Below are positions 24,727-38,145 of a stretch of DNA of 64,000 bases, piece after piece; position 1 is the first letter of the stretch; each line of letters starts with the position of its first letter. Made by a program: the position numbers and the translations under genes. Source of the stretch: Eledone cirrhosa (taxonomy: Eukaryota); the NCBI GenBank assembly GCA_964016885.1, contig OZ024740.1, positions 204,290,001-204,354,000 on the forward strand, given 5' to 3'. The notes under the pieces were generated by a model. It made no database searches and was not told where the DNA came from. It saw only the letters and a list, made by a program, of their open reading frames with translations.

Positions 24727-25078
24727 TAATAATAATAATAATAATATTATTTATAGTTATGTATACACTATATCATACACCTACGGTAGTAGGTGTATAA
24801 TATTCTTAAGGTCCCATTTCGGTCACTCGCGACACCTTCAAACTTTGTCACTAATTCAATTTTTGATAGAATTGGATGCGGTTTTTTGCACTTTATAGGA
24901 CCACAGATAAGCTACTTTTTTACATAAAAATATTTAAATTTGGTTCAGTAGAAAAAAAGTTACATAAAAATAAGTGAGGACCAAAAGAGTGTAAGGAACT
25001 ACATACATAAGTAACGCTTAGTTTGTTTCTAATTTCCAATACATTAAAATAGTGATAGATTGTACAATAGCGAATTGT

Positions 25079-25151
25079 GGTCAGGTAGCTCAGACGGTAG
25101 AGCAGCGGACCGGCAATCCGAAGGTCGTGGGTTCGATTCCCACCTTGATTA
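25079..25151 (+). tRNA. tRNA-like cloverleaf, nominal anticodon GGC (Ala); probably a pseudogene or repeat-borne
   Basis: D arm GCTC-AGACGGTA-GAGC, anticodon arm CGGA-CCGGCAA-TCCG, T arm GTGGG-TTCGATT-CCCAC; acceptor stem has three G-U pairs; C at position 33. Confidence 0.55.
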
Positions 25152-25276
25152 CTTTTCCTATCTGCACTTCTTCCTATTCATTATTATTTATTATTAGTTT
25201 TTAACTTATTTGTTGATAAATATTTTTATTAATATTTATATAATATCCTTGCATTGCCTGGAAAAAAAGTGGATTA

Positions 25277-26488
25277 CAGGGAAAAATGCGGGCGCATATA
25301 AAGAAATATTCTTAAATTAATAAATCTAGAAAAGTAAAGGACAAGTTATTACACCTGGAAAAGTAAAGGACAAGAAAACTTCTTAAAACTTCTTAAAATA
25401 TTGCAGCTAAAGTCTAAATTTGAAAAAAAATATTTAGATTATAAAACTAAAAATAAATAATTATAAGTTAATTGTTAAAAAAATATCACTTTAAAGGACT
25501 GGAAAAATGACTGTCTTATAGGGAGAGTTGACTACTGTATACTTAATTTTTTTCTTGGTGTATACAAATTAATCTTTTTAAAATAAAATTTGTACAATAA
25601 TTTGTACAATAATTTGTACAATAATTAATTAATAATAATAATAATTAATATGTACAATTTATTAATTTATGTTATAAGATATTTAGTTTTTCACTCTTAA
25701 TCAAATTATATTTTTTAAAATTTAGTTATAAAATAATGCAGTAAAATAAATCAAAAACAGTGCATCATATAATTGCACTTTTTATGAGTATTACAGATTT
25801 TTTTTATAATATAGTAAAATTCAACATCTCAAGGGGCAAAATTAGGTAAAAGTCAATTCATCAATTATTCATTTATAGTGAATCAATCAATTATAGTGAA
25901 TTCATCAATTCATTAGATGAACTGTTGAATTAGACAATGTTTAATTTTTAATTGTAGTCTAATTTTACTCTACCTAAAAATGTAGATTGGTTATTTTGAT
26001 CTCTGACAGGTCTTAAATTTCATTATTAAACAATTATAATTTGTTATTATTTATCATTACAGTTGGCTCCCTAATTAATTATTAATTAATTGTTAGTGTC
26101 ATTTACACGCCAAAATTTTGTTTTATTTGATGTTTATAATTGTCACTCATTTTTTCAGTCCCATTTAGTAAAGTAAAATAAAGTATATTTATTTAATGAC
26201 CCAACCATTATGGTGTAAATTAGGATCACAAAATTAAATAAATGATCATAAATTAGTATTATTATCAATTAGAGAGTCAACTGTATTATTAGAATTTATC
26301 ACTTCCTATGTATATTTAAATCAAATATTTTTTATTATTCAAATTTATACTATAGCTGCAATATTTTAAGAAGTTTTAAGAAGAAGTTTTCTTGTCCTTT
26401 ACTTTTCCAGGTGTAATAACTTGTCCTTTACTTTTCTAGGTTTATTAATTTAAGAATATTTCTTTACATGTGCCCGCATTTTTCCCTG
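25277..26488. mobile_element. Non-autonomous DNA transposon (Tc1/mariner-type ends), ~130-bp TIRs, TA target duplication
   Basis: ta|cagggaaaaatgcgggc ... gcccgcatttttccctg|ta; inverted homology 25277-25409 versus 26353-26488; very AT-rich noncoding interior. Confidence 0.85.
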
Positions 26489-26647
26489 TAATACAACTAT
26501 AAACAGGAAAGGTCAGTAATTCATTACTACTTTATTACCAGTAAAAAAAATAGCTCAATGTAAATACATCAGATGTTTTACAGAACACCAACATAAATTA
26601 CACAATAATCAAATCAATGATTTGAACATAGCTTTAATTATTCTGTA

Positions 26648-26700
<53 letters not shown>

Positions 26701-26809
26701 TTTTAATATAGAAGAGCTTCTACAGGATATATATATATATATATATATATAGGAAAAGAGCCAGGACCCCGACGGCTGAGCTCCGACCGTTTCGACAGCT
26801 AGACCCGAA

Positions 26810-27385
26810 CTAAGCCACCAGTATTAGAACGGCGCTTTGACTTATAATTGCCTGCATAATTTGGTCATATACTATGCGTTGTTCTGGTAGCAATTTGGGA
26901 AGATTCGTTTGAACAAATGTACCCAATTCGGCGACATCAAAGTTTGTTTCTCGTTGCAAATCACGATCGAAAATGTCGTTTACAGATCGATTCGGCGCAG
27001 GCATTCCCAATTGTACCAATGTTTTGTTAGCGATTGCTAAACATATGACCTCAATGGAAACCAATGCTTCATTATACACATTTTGTGTGAATTGAATATC
27101 CATATTTTGATTTGTTGCACGCAAACGATGTAGGATGTCTTCACTCATGTAGTCTTTATATTTTTCCCAAAGATCTTTTGGATTTGATGGGAAGCACGTT
27201 GTCCATATTATTGAGAATAATGTGCGTATTTGCTTTGGACGAGCAGTATTCGATGCATCAGCGAGTGAAGTGTCCCAATGTCCATCATTTTCAAGAAGAT
27301 TTAATTCTTGGCAAGCTTCACGATAAGTGGCACATACTTGACCGTTTACTGTTCTCAATTCTTGGAATGATGTCGGTCCACGTAT
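26810..27385 (-). mobile_element. Helitron RepHel fragment (linker upstream of the PIF1 helicase)
   Basis: RTVNG..CATYREACQELNLLEND.HWD..L.DA..QIRTLF.II.TTCFPSNPKDLWEKYKDYMSEDI ... EQR.VYD.I. Confidence 0.88.
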
Positions 27386-27389
27386 GTGT

Positions 27390-27832
27390 CCAGGTCAGGA
27401 AAATAAGGACAGACGAAATGAAGATATCAAATTACAGCACTTAGTTAAGGGCTAGCTGAAAAAGAATTCCCTGTAATGGGAGTGGAAGGGAAGTAATGTG
27501 AAACAGACACTATACTAATTCTATAGAAATTATATTAAATTAAAGAGAGAATTTACTAATTCTATTGAAATTATATTAAATTAAAGAGAGAATACTAATT
27601 CTATTGAAATTATCTTTAATTAAAAAAATTTCACACTCGCTCTTTCACTCACTCACGTTGATTTCTCTTTCTCCGTTTATAACTTTAGAGACAGTCTAAT
27701 ATAGGGAGTGGTTCAAAGCAGCCAGACTACTCGCTCTTTCACTCTCTGTTTGAATATACGTTGATTTCTCTTTCTCCGTTTATATCTTTGGACAAACAAA
27801 CAAACATACATTCATTTTATATATATATAGAT
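27390..27832 (+). mobile_element. Helentron/DINE-1-like non-autonomous element, 3' part
   Basis: Three ~40-bp internal subrepeats; (ACAA)n followed by cattcattttatatatatatagat terminus. Confidence 0.5.
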
Positions 27833-27876
27833 AAAAAACGAGAAAGTTTCGTTTACATATGAAAAATATATATATC

Positions 27877-28398
<522 letters not shown>

Positions 28399-28984
28399 TA
28401 AAACAATGAAATAAAAATTCAAGTCATTAGAAATATACTTCACTGCTTTACGATCGTTTCTAGATTATGATAATACATCGTAACCATACTTCGTTATCGA
28501 TCTATGAAGGGTTAGTTACAAAATATCAGATAAGGAAAATATTTACTTACATGCATATCACTTGTCAAAAGCAATGAGAATTTTATTCAAAATAAGTAGT
28601 AAATTAGTATTAAATTGAGTTCTATTGTCTTATTTGGGGGTAGCTGAAGAACAAACCAATCAGATTGTTTTTTTCCCATATGATGTTAAGATGAAAAATA
28701 ATTCACTTTAGTTGAGGTCATGACCCTTTGAAAGGAATGGTTGATTGGTGTTAACAATAGAATTGCTATAAAGAATCTATTAGGAAAAAGAGGATTGTCA
28801 TATTGATAGTTGAATATATATATGGTATAGTGAAGTTTAAAAGGAATGTAAAAATTAAATGTTGAGTTCTGTTGTATGGAGTTTTTAGGTGAATATATAT
28901 TGAGGTCATGATCAGGAAAGATAGTATATTAAAAGATGAAAATTATAAGATAATGAAATATAGTAATACAATAATATAATATAA

Positions 28985-29170
28985 TTGTTTCTACTTTAGG
29001 CACAAGGCCAGCAATTACTCAGTACATTACTGGTACTTTATTTTATCGACCCCGAAAGGATGAAAGGCAAAGTTAACCTCGGCGGGATTTGAACTCAGAT
29101 CGTAAAGGGACGTAACTATGCTGGAAAGCATGTCCGACCCTCTGCCGATACTGCCAATTCACCGCCCTAA
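28985..29170 (-). mobile_element. SINE family 1, full length
   Basis: Reverse strand gggcggtgaattggcagtatcgg ... gagttcaaatcccgcc ... ggccttgtgcctaaagtagaaac. Confidence 0.88.
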
Positions 29171-29829
29171 TATAATATAATGTAACACAATATAGTACGG
29201 TGTGGTACATTGTACTTAGTATAATACAGCGTATGATACGCCTTAAAATACTTTCAAGTATGTTTATGTATAAATAATCAAACTCAGATAAATACATGTT
29301 GACATATAGTCAAAACGCACAAATTTCATAGATCACAAAGTGCATATACCCACATTATAGATAGAGGTTTAGGTATATTGATACTCAACTAAAAACATAC
29401 ATACGCATAAATAGATGTAAACATATACATACATCTACATATGTGCACACAATCATATACATATATATTCATATATATATATATATACATATACACACCC
29501 ATACACATATATATATATGTATGTACACACACATACATGTACACACACACATAAACACTCATACACATATACACGCATATACATATATACACACACACAC
29601 ATACACATATATATATATTCACATATCATACATACATACATAGATACATATTTACTCATGCAATTACGGGTGGTTGTGTACCTTGTTGCCCTTAGTCATT
29701 AACGCATAAATCTAAGGAAGCTAAACAATTAAAAGGCAAGAAATAAGCATGAATGCGTATAATTAGGGGCAAGGGATACTAACAAATGTTACGCCATATA
29801 GAATTATAGTGAGTTGCTATTTAGAATAT

Positions 29830-30150
29830 TTAATTAGGTTTATAGTATTTGAATGTTTTTCGTATACGGTGATAACAAACTATAATCAGTTCCTGTCTTT
29901 TATTCAATAAATCGTCCTTAGATTTAGTAATTTCCAAGATCTCCCCTGAACATAACCTGCATTCTCTCCTGTTCCCAAGATATGGAGTTCTTTGCAGAAT
30001 GGTATCCCACGATAGCTTGAAATCTATTTTTTTCTTTTTATAGTTATTAACTGCTTCAGCTAAAGATGTGTTAGCTAGTTTAGTATTGTTAAAACTACTG
30101 GAGTGTGCGTAATATCTTTTCTTAAATGTGTTCGACGTAGATCCTATATA
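29830..30150 (-). mobile_element. Penelope-like element GIY-YIG endonuclease fragment
   Basis: YIGSTSNTFKKRYYAH..SF ... CRLCSGEIL ... LLNKRQEL...C.H. Confidence 0.8.
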
Positions 30151-30171
30151 TATATATAGAAGTAGTTCCAC

Positions 30172-31860
30172 AACAGTTAACTCACCACACCAAGAACAAA
30201 TGTTTCACCTTATGCGGACCATCAGCTCGGTCTGAGTGAAGTTGTATGGAAAAGGAAAAACAACCGTATGAATACGCATGCGCAGAAACGGTCACTTCTC
30301 CTAGGCGATATATCCCACGGTCGAAAGGTGTAAGGGAGATAACTGCGAATGTCCGGAATAAATTATTCGAGTTGATTAGAATATTAGAATGTTGATGTTA
30401 TTCAATCTGGAGCTTTGTAATTATGCAAGAGGTGTTTCCAGACGTGTGGACAACGTGAAAAAAGCTCATTCCTTGAATTTAGGCAGTCGTTATTGCGTAA
30501 TCTTCTCAGGATATTAATCCTTTCTTCAATGCACAGTCCACTAGACGGATTACCCCTTGCGTATGGCCTGGACCTAGTGATAGCTTTCCATTGGATGGAG
30601 TAGTCTACGCCTGAGTCTGTGAGGGACCATACGTGGCTCGCGAGTTTCGTGAACGATCGTTTGTCCGGGTATATAAAGGTCGACTGATGGTTCAGGAAGC
30701 GTTCCTTAAACCGGCCCTCCGCCATACCTATATAGGATTTAACCTCTTGTTGTTGATTTGGTCGGTTGGAAGTGTCCACAGCTTAAAAAAATAACAGCGG
30801 GTGTGTTGCATTGTTGTCGAAGGGGACAAGCTTCAGGCTTTCGGCAAGAGCATCCTGGTGCGGTGCTGCTGGTGATGTGGGCCTTCATATTCTTAGCACA
30901 GGAATATCCTAGTTTCACCCTGTGTCTGTTAAAGATGGAGCAGTATTTGTGACCTATGGGAAAGTGTCTATCTAAGAGAGCTAAAAAATGTTTTCCTACA
31001 TTAGTTTTAACGTTGAGTGAGAAGGGAGGAGAGAACCAGATAGTTTTTCTATTGGCACGATTTCTTTTCTTATTGCTGTTGGTGTTAGTGGGGGAGTAAG
31101 TAAATGGTTGCGAGAAGCCGCTGTTAGCTAACGCTGTGGTGTAGTAGGGGGCCGCTCTGTCAAAGATTGCTTTATTAGAGGAGAGGTTAGAGATTCTAGT
31201 GCCGATATTTTTCACGAAGTTTCTAAACACTGTAGGAGTGTGGCATAAGTCCTTGTGTATGTAATTAAGTTTTTCCTTTAGTTTGTGTAAGGGTCTGAAA
31301 GTGTGTGTGTGAAGGTCTAAATTTATGTCTAAGTAATCTACGCTAGTGAGGTTGGTAGCCACCGTTATCCTAAGTCCTAACTCATTAAAAGTAGAGATTA
31401 AATCTTTTTTAAACTGGTCCAGGTCTGACTACTTTTATGGCTCGATAGGGTCAGACCATCGTCACGGTATAATCCCGTGTGGAAGTCCGGGAATCTAGTA
31501 CGTAATATATCTAAAATAAATAAGCCAACCAAGTCGCATACGTCAGCACTATCGAATGATCCCATTGAGACGTTGAATAGTTCTGAAGTGGTTGACTTCT
31601 TTGTTCAGGCTACTCCGCTGTTGAAGAGGAAGGTTTTCCGGCAATGTCCGATGATCTCCCTTTTTAAATCATGGACGGTAGTGTAAGTGGTAGCAAAGTC
31701 CAACGCTTTGCTCAATAGGGTCACTGAGATCGTCGGGTAAAAATCTACAATGTCGAATTGCGTGAACTTCGCTTTATTTGGAGTTGAAAGAGTTAAACCA
31801 CTTAATGACGGAGTCGCTGTTCTCCCACTGGGACAGGTTGGACTTGGTCCTAATGGTCTT
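30172..31860 (-). mobile_element. Penelope-like element (Naiad-type): RT fragment, GIY-YIG and 3' region, disrupted
   Basis: IVDFYPTIS, MGSFDSADVCDLVGLFIL, GLYRDDGL, YLDINLDL, IWFSPPFS, CSCRKPEACPL..C, YIGMAEG.FKERF..H. Confidence 0.88.
30189..30231 (-). ncRNA. Minimal type I hammerhead ribozyme motif (core variant CUGAUGG)
   Basis: accgag-CTGATGG-tccgcataaggt-GAAAC-attt-GTT-cttggt; 6-bp stem I; lies 3' of the PLE ORF in sense orientation. Confidence 0.7.
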
Positions 31861-31960
31861 AACTATGTTCCTAAGTATATATATATAATTTTATTTATAA
31901 TTTTATTTTATTTTATGTCTGATTCTTATATATATTGTATATTATTAATTTATCAATATC

Positions 31961-32085
31961 ATTCTGAGTTCAAATCCCGCCGAGGTTTACTTTGCCTTTC
32001 ATCCTTACGGGGTCGATAAAATAAAGTACTAGTAATACACTGGGATAATTGCTGGCCTTGTGCCAAAAATAGAAACAATTATTTT
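31961..32085 (+). mobile_element. SINE family 1, 5'-truncated
   Basis: B-box through (ATT) tail. Confidence 0.85.
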
Positions 32086-32099
32086 ATAACTCTGATATA

Positions 32100-33180
32100 A
32101 TACCAGGGCTTTGATTGCTGAGGATCCCCTTAACAGGGCCGTACTATCAGTAATCTCTGACTCATAGAGAAGACTAGACTCTGTAGTTTTGTCAAGGCAA
32201 CTAGTCTAGGAGGTGGCAAACTGTGAAATAAAAACCTGAGGCCCCTGAAGTTCTTGGTCCTATCATTCCAAATGTCACCCTAATGAAATCTTGTGGTCAA
32301 GAAGTGGGGTAGTTCTGTGCAAGCAATGTCCACTCAAAATATATTCAACTGCACATGTACTTCTTGTACACTACAAGCTCAGTTAACATCAGTCATATGG
32401 TTGTCAGTAACCTTGAAACTCATTTGAAATATATCAAACAGAATTAATAATTAGCAATAAGAGCTTGGGAACAATTCCTTAGCTATAGTGGCTCTCTCTG
32501 AAACACGACTACATAGGGATGGTCAACTCAGTTGAAGTGTATTTGGTTACACTTACTTTTGGAAAGGTGTAGCAGAAGGTCAAAGGAGAGAATCAGGTGT
32601 TGGCTTGGTTGTTAGAAAGTCTCTCGTCTCGTCTTTTGAAAATTATCCTAGCGTTTCCTCAGAATGTCGTCTGCTTCTGAAAAAAACACAATAATACACA
32701 ATAATAAGTGTTTATGCTCCCTCAATGTCCTACCTAGAAGAATCTGGTGAACAATTTTACAACAAACTTGGAGAGTTAGTGAGAATGAACCAGTTTCTGA
32801 TAAGCTAGTAATTAGAGGTGTAGACTAATGTAACCGAAATGATGTTTTACACCTTACTTTTTGCACTGCACATCAACTTGTAATAACAAACATTTTCTTT
32901 CAGTAGAAGAATAGATATAAAACAACTTGGATCCGTCCGTGGTCTAAGGATTGGCATCTCATTGATTATATATTAGTAAAATAATGTGATGTAAAAGAAG
33001 TATGCAGTTTAAGCACAATCAGAGAGGCAACCCAACAATCTGTTTTGAAAAGGGACATTATTCACTCCCCTAACTGCACAGAATAAACTCTCCTAGATCA
33101 GACTGTTACAATTTTGAAAAATATAACCACCGGATGCAATCTCTCTTTCGAATATTTCTGCATTGAAAATTGTTGATTAG
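32100..33180 (+). mobile_element. Decayed RTE (BovB-like) 5' UTR and APE domain
   Basis: Remnants VALSETRL, YTYFWKG, ISVYAP, TTWIRPWSKDWHLIDYILV with many stops. Confidence 0.7.
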
Positions 33181-33425
33181 TCATGACAAAACAGACGTAC
33201 ATGTTCTGATAATGGAGAAGAAATGTTTTTGTTAATAATGTCTATGAAACTAACTGCTTTTTGGTGCATTACTAAAACCATGCATCAAAATATATAAATT
33301 ACCTCTATGTTTATATATCAAAGGACCATTCCTTTGTAATAAAAGTGTGTAGAGGGGTGAATTTAGGGAAATCAAAAATAGTAATGAAATATACTATTCA
33401 GTAACTGGTGTTACTTTTATTTCAG

Positions 33426-33583
33426 AACTGGATTGGTATATGATTATGAACATCATTTAAGAGAAAAAGGATTGTTGTCTAATGTCAACTGCCGGGGTCA
33501 CGAAGACAGCTTAATGTCCTGTCCACATATAAACTGGGGTTACTATCGTTGTAATAAATGGGCAGGAGCAGAATGTTCGAAAT
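33426..33583 (+). CDS. SRCR gene exon (C-terminal half of an SRCR domain)
   Basis: tttcag| phase 2 ... LLSNVNCRGHEDSLMSCPHINWGYYRCNKWAGAECSK ... |gtaagt phase 1. Confidence 0.85.
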
Positions 33584-33654
33584 GTAAGTATCAAGCTAAT
33601 CATATTTTGAAAAATATTCTTGAGAAAGTGATTTTATTATGTATTATCACAAGG

Positions 33655-33995
33655 GCATGAAAACGCGTAGGTTAGTGGTTAATGTTTTGAGCTCACATTC
33701 GTAAGGTCATGTATTTGATTCCTCGGTCAGGTGGCGCATTGTGTCCATAAACAAAACACTTTATTTCACGATTCTCCTGAACACTTAGTTGAGGAAAAAT
33801 TTCTTGCACAGACATTGATACCAAACTGAATCGACCTTTCACTTTCCCTTGGAGAACATTAGTGGCGTGGAGTGGATAGACTGGTATGAATGAATGATGG
33901 GTGATCAACTACAAAACACCTCGCCCTATCTTATGCCTCGGAGAGGAACTCTCACTGTAAAAACCCATGTCAGTCATGACTGAATGAGATTTTAT
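33655..33995 (+). mobile_element. tRNA-derived SINE, family 2 (older)
   Basis: A-box ggttagtggtta and B-box-like tttgattcc; 3' half recurs at about 50620-50800. Confidence 0.6.
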
Positions 33996-34128
33996 CACGT
34001 ATAACAATGCCGACACTATCTAAACGTTACAGAGAAATCTAGGCATATGCAAGTGATATGAAATCTTTAAGACGTTTCAACTGTATATATTATCTTTTTA
34101 TTGTGGATCTTTAGAGTGTCGAACAAAA

Positions 34129-37100
34129 TCATCATCATCGTTTAACGTCCATCTTCCGCGCTAGCATGGGTTAGATGGGAGTTGTGCCACTTGAGGCAAG
34201 GTTGGTCGGATGACCGTATCTCGCTCATATAGGACTATCTGGCAGGCTTTCTACGGCTGGATGCCCTTCCTAACACCAACCACATTTACAGTGTGGAACT
34301 AGGAACTTTTTACCGTGTTACCTACACGGCCACATTACAGCGTGGACTGTGAGTTTTTTTTTTTTTTGTCGTGACACCTACACGATCTCGATCTCATTAT
34401 CTCATTTATTTGGACTGGATGTTGTGGTACCAACTTTACAGAGAGAGGGTGGTGTTGGTAGGAGTGGGAGGATAGGGTAAGGGTAGTGGATTGGGGTGTA
34501 TATTTGGTTAAGAGGTGCCTACTGACTGTAGGTTAACTTTGCTCGTAGGGAAGGGGGTCTTCTGTATTACTGTGTAGCGCCAAAGATCTCGGTCCAGTGA
34601 CATTGTCTTAGAGAGGTGCAAGTGTGTAAGGTCGGAATTTATCAGATCATCCCAGGTTTTTCTGGGTCTACCTACTCCGTAACTACCATCAATTTTGATC
34701 GCCCTGCACTTTTTTATGCAGCTGTCGTCTTTCATGCGCATCACATGACCATACCAACGTAGTCTTCTCTCAAGTAAACAGCATCTGATCCCTCTTATAC
34801 CTAATTTCTCACTTAGTTCATTTATGCTTTGCCGTTCACGTATATTACTATTACACATCCAACGGAGCATGCATGCTTCGTTCCTTTCCAGTCTGCACAG
34901 GTCCTCTGCACGTAATGCCCATGTCTCACTGCCATGTAGCATTGCTGTTCGCATACAGGCATCATACAATCTGCCTTTCATTTTTAGAGAGAAACCTTTT
35001 GTGGCCAACAGCGGTATAAGCTCTCTGAACTTTTTCCATCCCGTTCTGACTCTGGCTACCAAACTTTCAGAACACCCTCCACCACTGCTGATTTTGTCAC
35101 CCAGGTAACGGAAAGTGTCTACTATTTCTATAGAACCATCTGGGCAATAGAAGGAGCTAGTATTCTGTGGACACTTGCTACTTATTGCACCTGAGCATTG
35201 GCCACATATAAAGCCTACGTTCTTAGATAGTTTACCTGTGATCCCACTACATCTTTTATGTACCCATACTTTGCATTTGGGACATAAAATGGAATTTCTG
35301 CCTACTCCTTTCCTGCACACTGAGCATGGCCATTTCCCTGAGGGCACCTGTGCCCTATTTTCCTTTCTACAAACTAGAACTTTAGTCTTAGACAAGTTAA
35401 CTTTAAGGCCTTTTGATTCTAGGCCATGTTTCCATGTTTGGAATTTCTTCTCTAGTTCAGCCATTGATTCAGCTATGAGCGTTAGATCATCTGCGTATAG
35501 GAGTTCCCATGGGCAGCCGGTCTTGAACTCCTCTGTTCTAGCCTGAAGGGCAATAATAAATAAGAGGGGACTAAGGACAGAGCCTTGATGAACACCAACT
35601 TTTACACTAAATTCTTCACAATATTCATTGTTAATTCTAACCTTACTGACTGTTTCATTATACATAGCTTGTATAGCTCTCACAAGCCATTCATCTACAC
35701 CTAGTTTTCTGAGAGCCCACCAGATAATGGAGCGGGGGACTCTGTCAAAAGCTTTCTCCAGGTCTACAAAAGCTAATTAGAGGGGTTTACTTTTAGCTAG
35801 GTACTTCTCTTGTAGTTGTCGTACAAGGAAAAGAGCATCTGTGGTATTTTTACCTGACACAAACCCAAACTGCATTTCATCTAGATCAATTCGCTCTCTG
35901 ATTAGTTGCGCTATAACTCTTTCAGTGACCTTCATGACCTGGTCAACTAACTTAATGCCTCTATAGTTTCCCCTATCTAGAGCATCCCCTTTACCCTTGT
36001 AGCAGTTAATGATGATGCTGCTACGCCAGTCTTTCGGTATGACCCCATTCTGTATTACTTGGTTAACTATACGGGTGACCATAGTGTGTCCCACCATACC
36101 AGATGCCTTCAACATCTCAGCAACTATCTCCGAAGGCCCAGCTGCCTTGCCTGTCTTCATATCTTTGATTGCCTTACTTATTATACTACCTTTAACTTGC
36201 ACTGCTGGTCCTTCTATTGGATCGATTTTGGGCAGACTATCTTTTTCCCATTTATTCTCCTCATTTAATAGTCTCTCGTAGTGATACTTCCAGGCTATCT
36301 TCTTATCAGTATCAATGAGGGCAAGTACACCGTTATCATTACGGACACACTTCTCCCCGACAATATCACGGTTTTCCTTGACACATTGTCTAGCAATCCT
36401 GAACACCTCACGCTTTTGGTCCTCATGTTGTAGAACATGCTTGAACTTTCTATCCTCTGCTTCCCTTTTTGCAAGGTACACTTGTCTCCTAGATTCTCTC
36501 CTGGTCACTTGATAGTGCTCTCTACATCCCCCATCCTGCCATACTTTCCAAGCCTGCTTTTTGGCCTTGATTGTCTCTTCCACCTTACTGTTCCACCACC
36601 AAGTTACTCTCCTCGTGCCAATAGGTCTGCTCCAGCCACAGATTTCATCCGTTGCTTTCAGCAGGTTCCCTTTCAAGAATTGCCACTGTTCCTCAATATC
36701 GCACGTCTCTAATTGCTCTTCATTATTGTCAAAGGCATCAAGTAATAAGCTTTTAAATTTGTCTCTGGTTATGGGGTCCTTCAACTTCCATATTCTTCTC
36801 TCAGGGTAGGCCTCCTCTGCCGTCGAGTACGTCTATTTCTGACTATAAGGTCACTAACTACTAGGCTATGTTGGGAGGTGCATTCTTCACGGGGGAGGGA
36901 TTTAGTGTTTACAACAGACACTTTGTCCCGTCTTCTAGTAAGGATATAATCTATCTGGCTGGCGTGTTCCCCTTATCTATAGGTGATCAAGTGGTTTTCA
37001 CGTTTTTTGAAGTTTGTGTTACAGATAGTTAGGCTATTTGCGTCACAGAATTCCAGGATTCTGAAGCCCTCCACATTTCTATTTCCAACCCCATAGCCTC

Positions 37101-37780
37101 CATGGATTCCATCATAGCCATCATTATGTTGTCCAACGTGACCGTTTAGATCGCCAGCAATAATTAAGTAGTCGCTGTCGGTTATTTGGGAGGTAGTGTG
37201 CATTAGCATCTCTTTATAACGTCAGGTAGACCAGATTGGGGTGCATAAGCGGATATTATTGTCACAGTAGTTCTATTTAGAACTAGTCTTAATTTAATTA
37301 TTCTGTCATTCACTCTATTTACGTCAATTACCTTATCTACCCATTAGTCAGCTAGCATAATTCCTACACCACCCTGTCCGTTGTCATTTCCCACCCAGAA
37401 AAGTTTATAGCATCGTTTTTTACCCACGATGAATCTAGCAGACCCCCTCTCCACCTAGTCTCTTGAATACAACAAACATCAACTGCTTTACGTTCAAGCA
37501 TCTCTATAACCTCATTTGAGCGACCTTTCAATGTATCTACGTTCGTGGTACCAACTCTGAAGTTGGGAGGGTGGGATGGATGGGTTGGAGGGGCAGGGAG
37601 GGGTGTGTGAGACGGAATTTTGTTGGTCATCCGTGTCTGAAATAAAGAGGGGTCCTTGTATTCTCGTCTTGCGGCGGGAGGTGAATTTATCTTTATCTTT
37701 ATCTGTAACATTGTTATTGAGTGCTTAGACTTTCCAAATTTCCGCAGTCAACCCACCCTAAGTGGGTTGACTGCGGAAAG
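34129..37780 (-). mobile_element. Near full-length RTE-clade LINE with a PHD-like Cys cluster after the RT; disrupted; (GAT)n tail
   Basis: NVDTLKG, CIQETRW, AGDLNGHVG, NYRGIKL, GVHQGSVLSPLLF, LLYADDL, WPCSVC..CPKC..WVHKRC..CGQC, RLRWYGHVMRM, GRPRKTW. Confidence 0.9.
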
Positions 37781-37881
37781 ACAAGTATTTTGTTTACATT
37801 CTCAAAATCGACATACAAACTACAAACACACACGCCACTCACATACCAACACTCATGCATACAAACACATACACCACTCAC

Positions 37882-37913
<32 letters not shown>

Positions 37914-38145
37914 TACCGTCAGTACTGATACAAAATCAAAATCATGTTAACTGTTGACTTTTCCACTCCAGTTCAGTTTTTATATAATAATAATAATAAT
38001 TGTTTGCTTTACAGCAAAGAGCAACGGCTCTCCACGCTCCGTCCTTACGGGGTCGTTCAAATAAAGTACCAGTAATGCACTGGTTAATTGCTGGCCTTGT
38101 GCCAAAAGTAGAAACAATTATTATAGTTGTTTTTAAAGCCTGATC

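Noticed and set aside
28445-28480. GAAAC-GATC-GTA half hammerhead on the - strand
   Set aside because: The CUGANGA box is missing
35250-35340. PHD-like Cys cluster as a host chromatin gene
   Set aside because: It lies in frame within the RTE ORF between RT and thumb motifs
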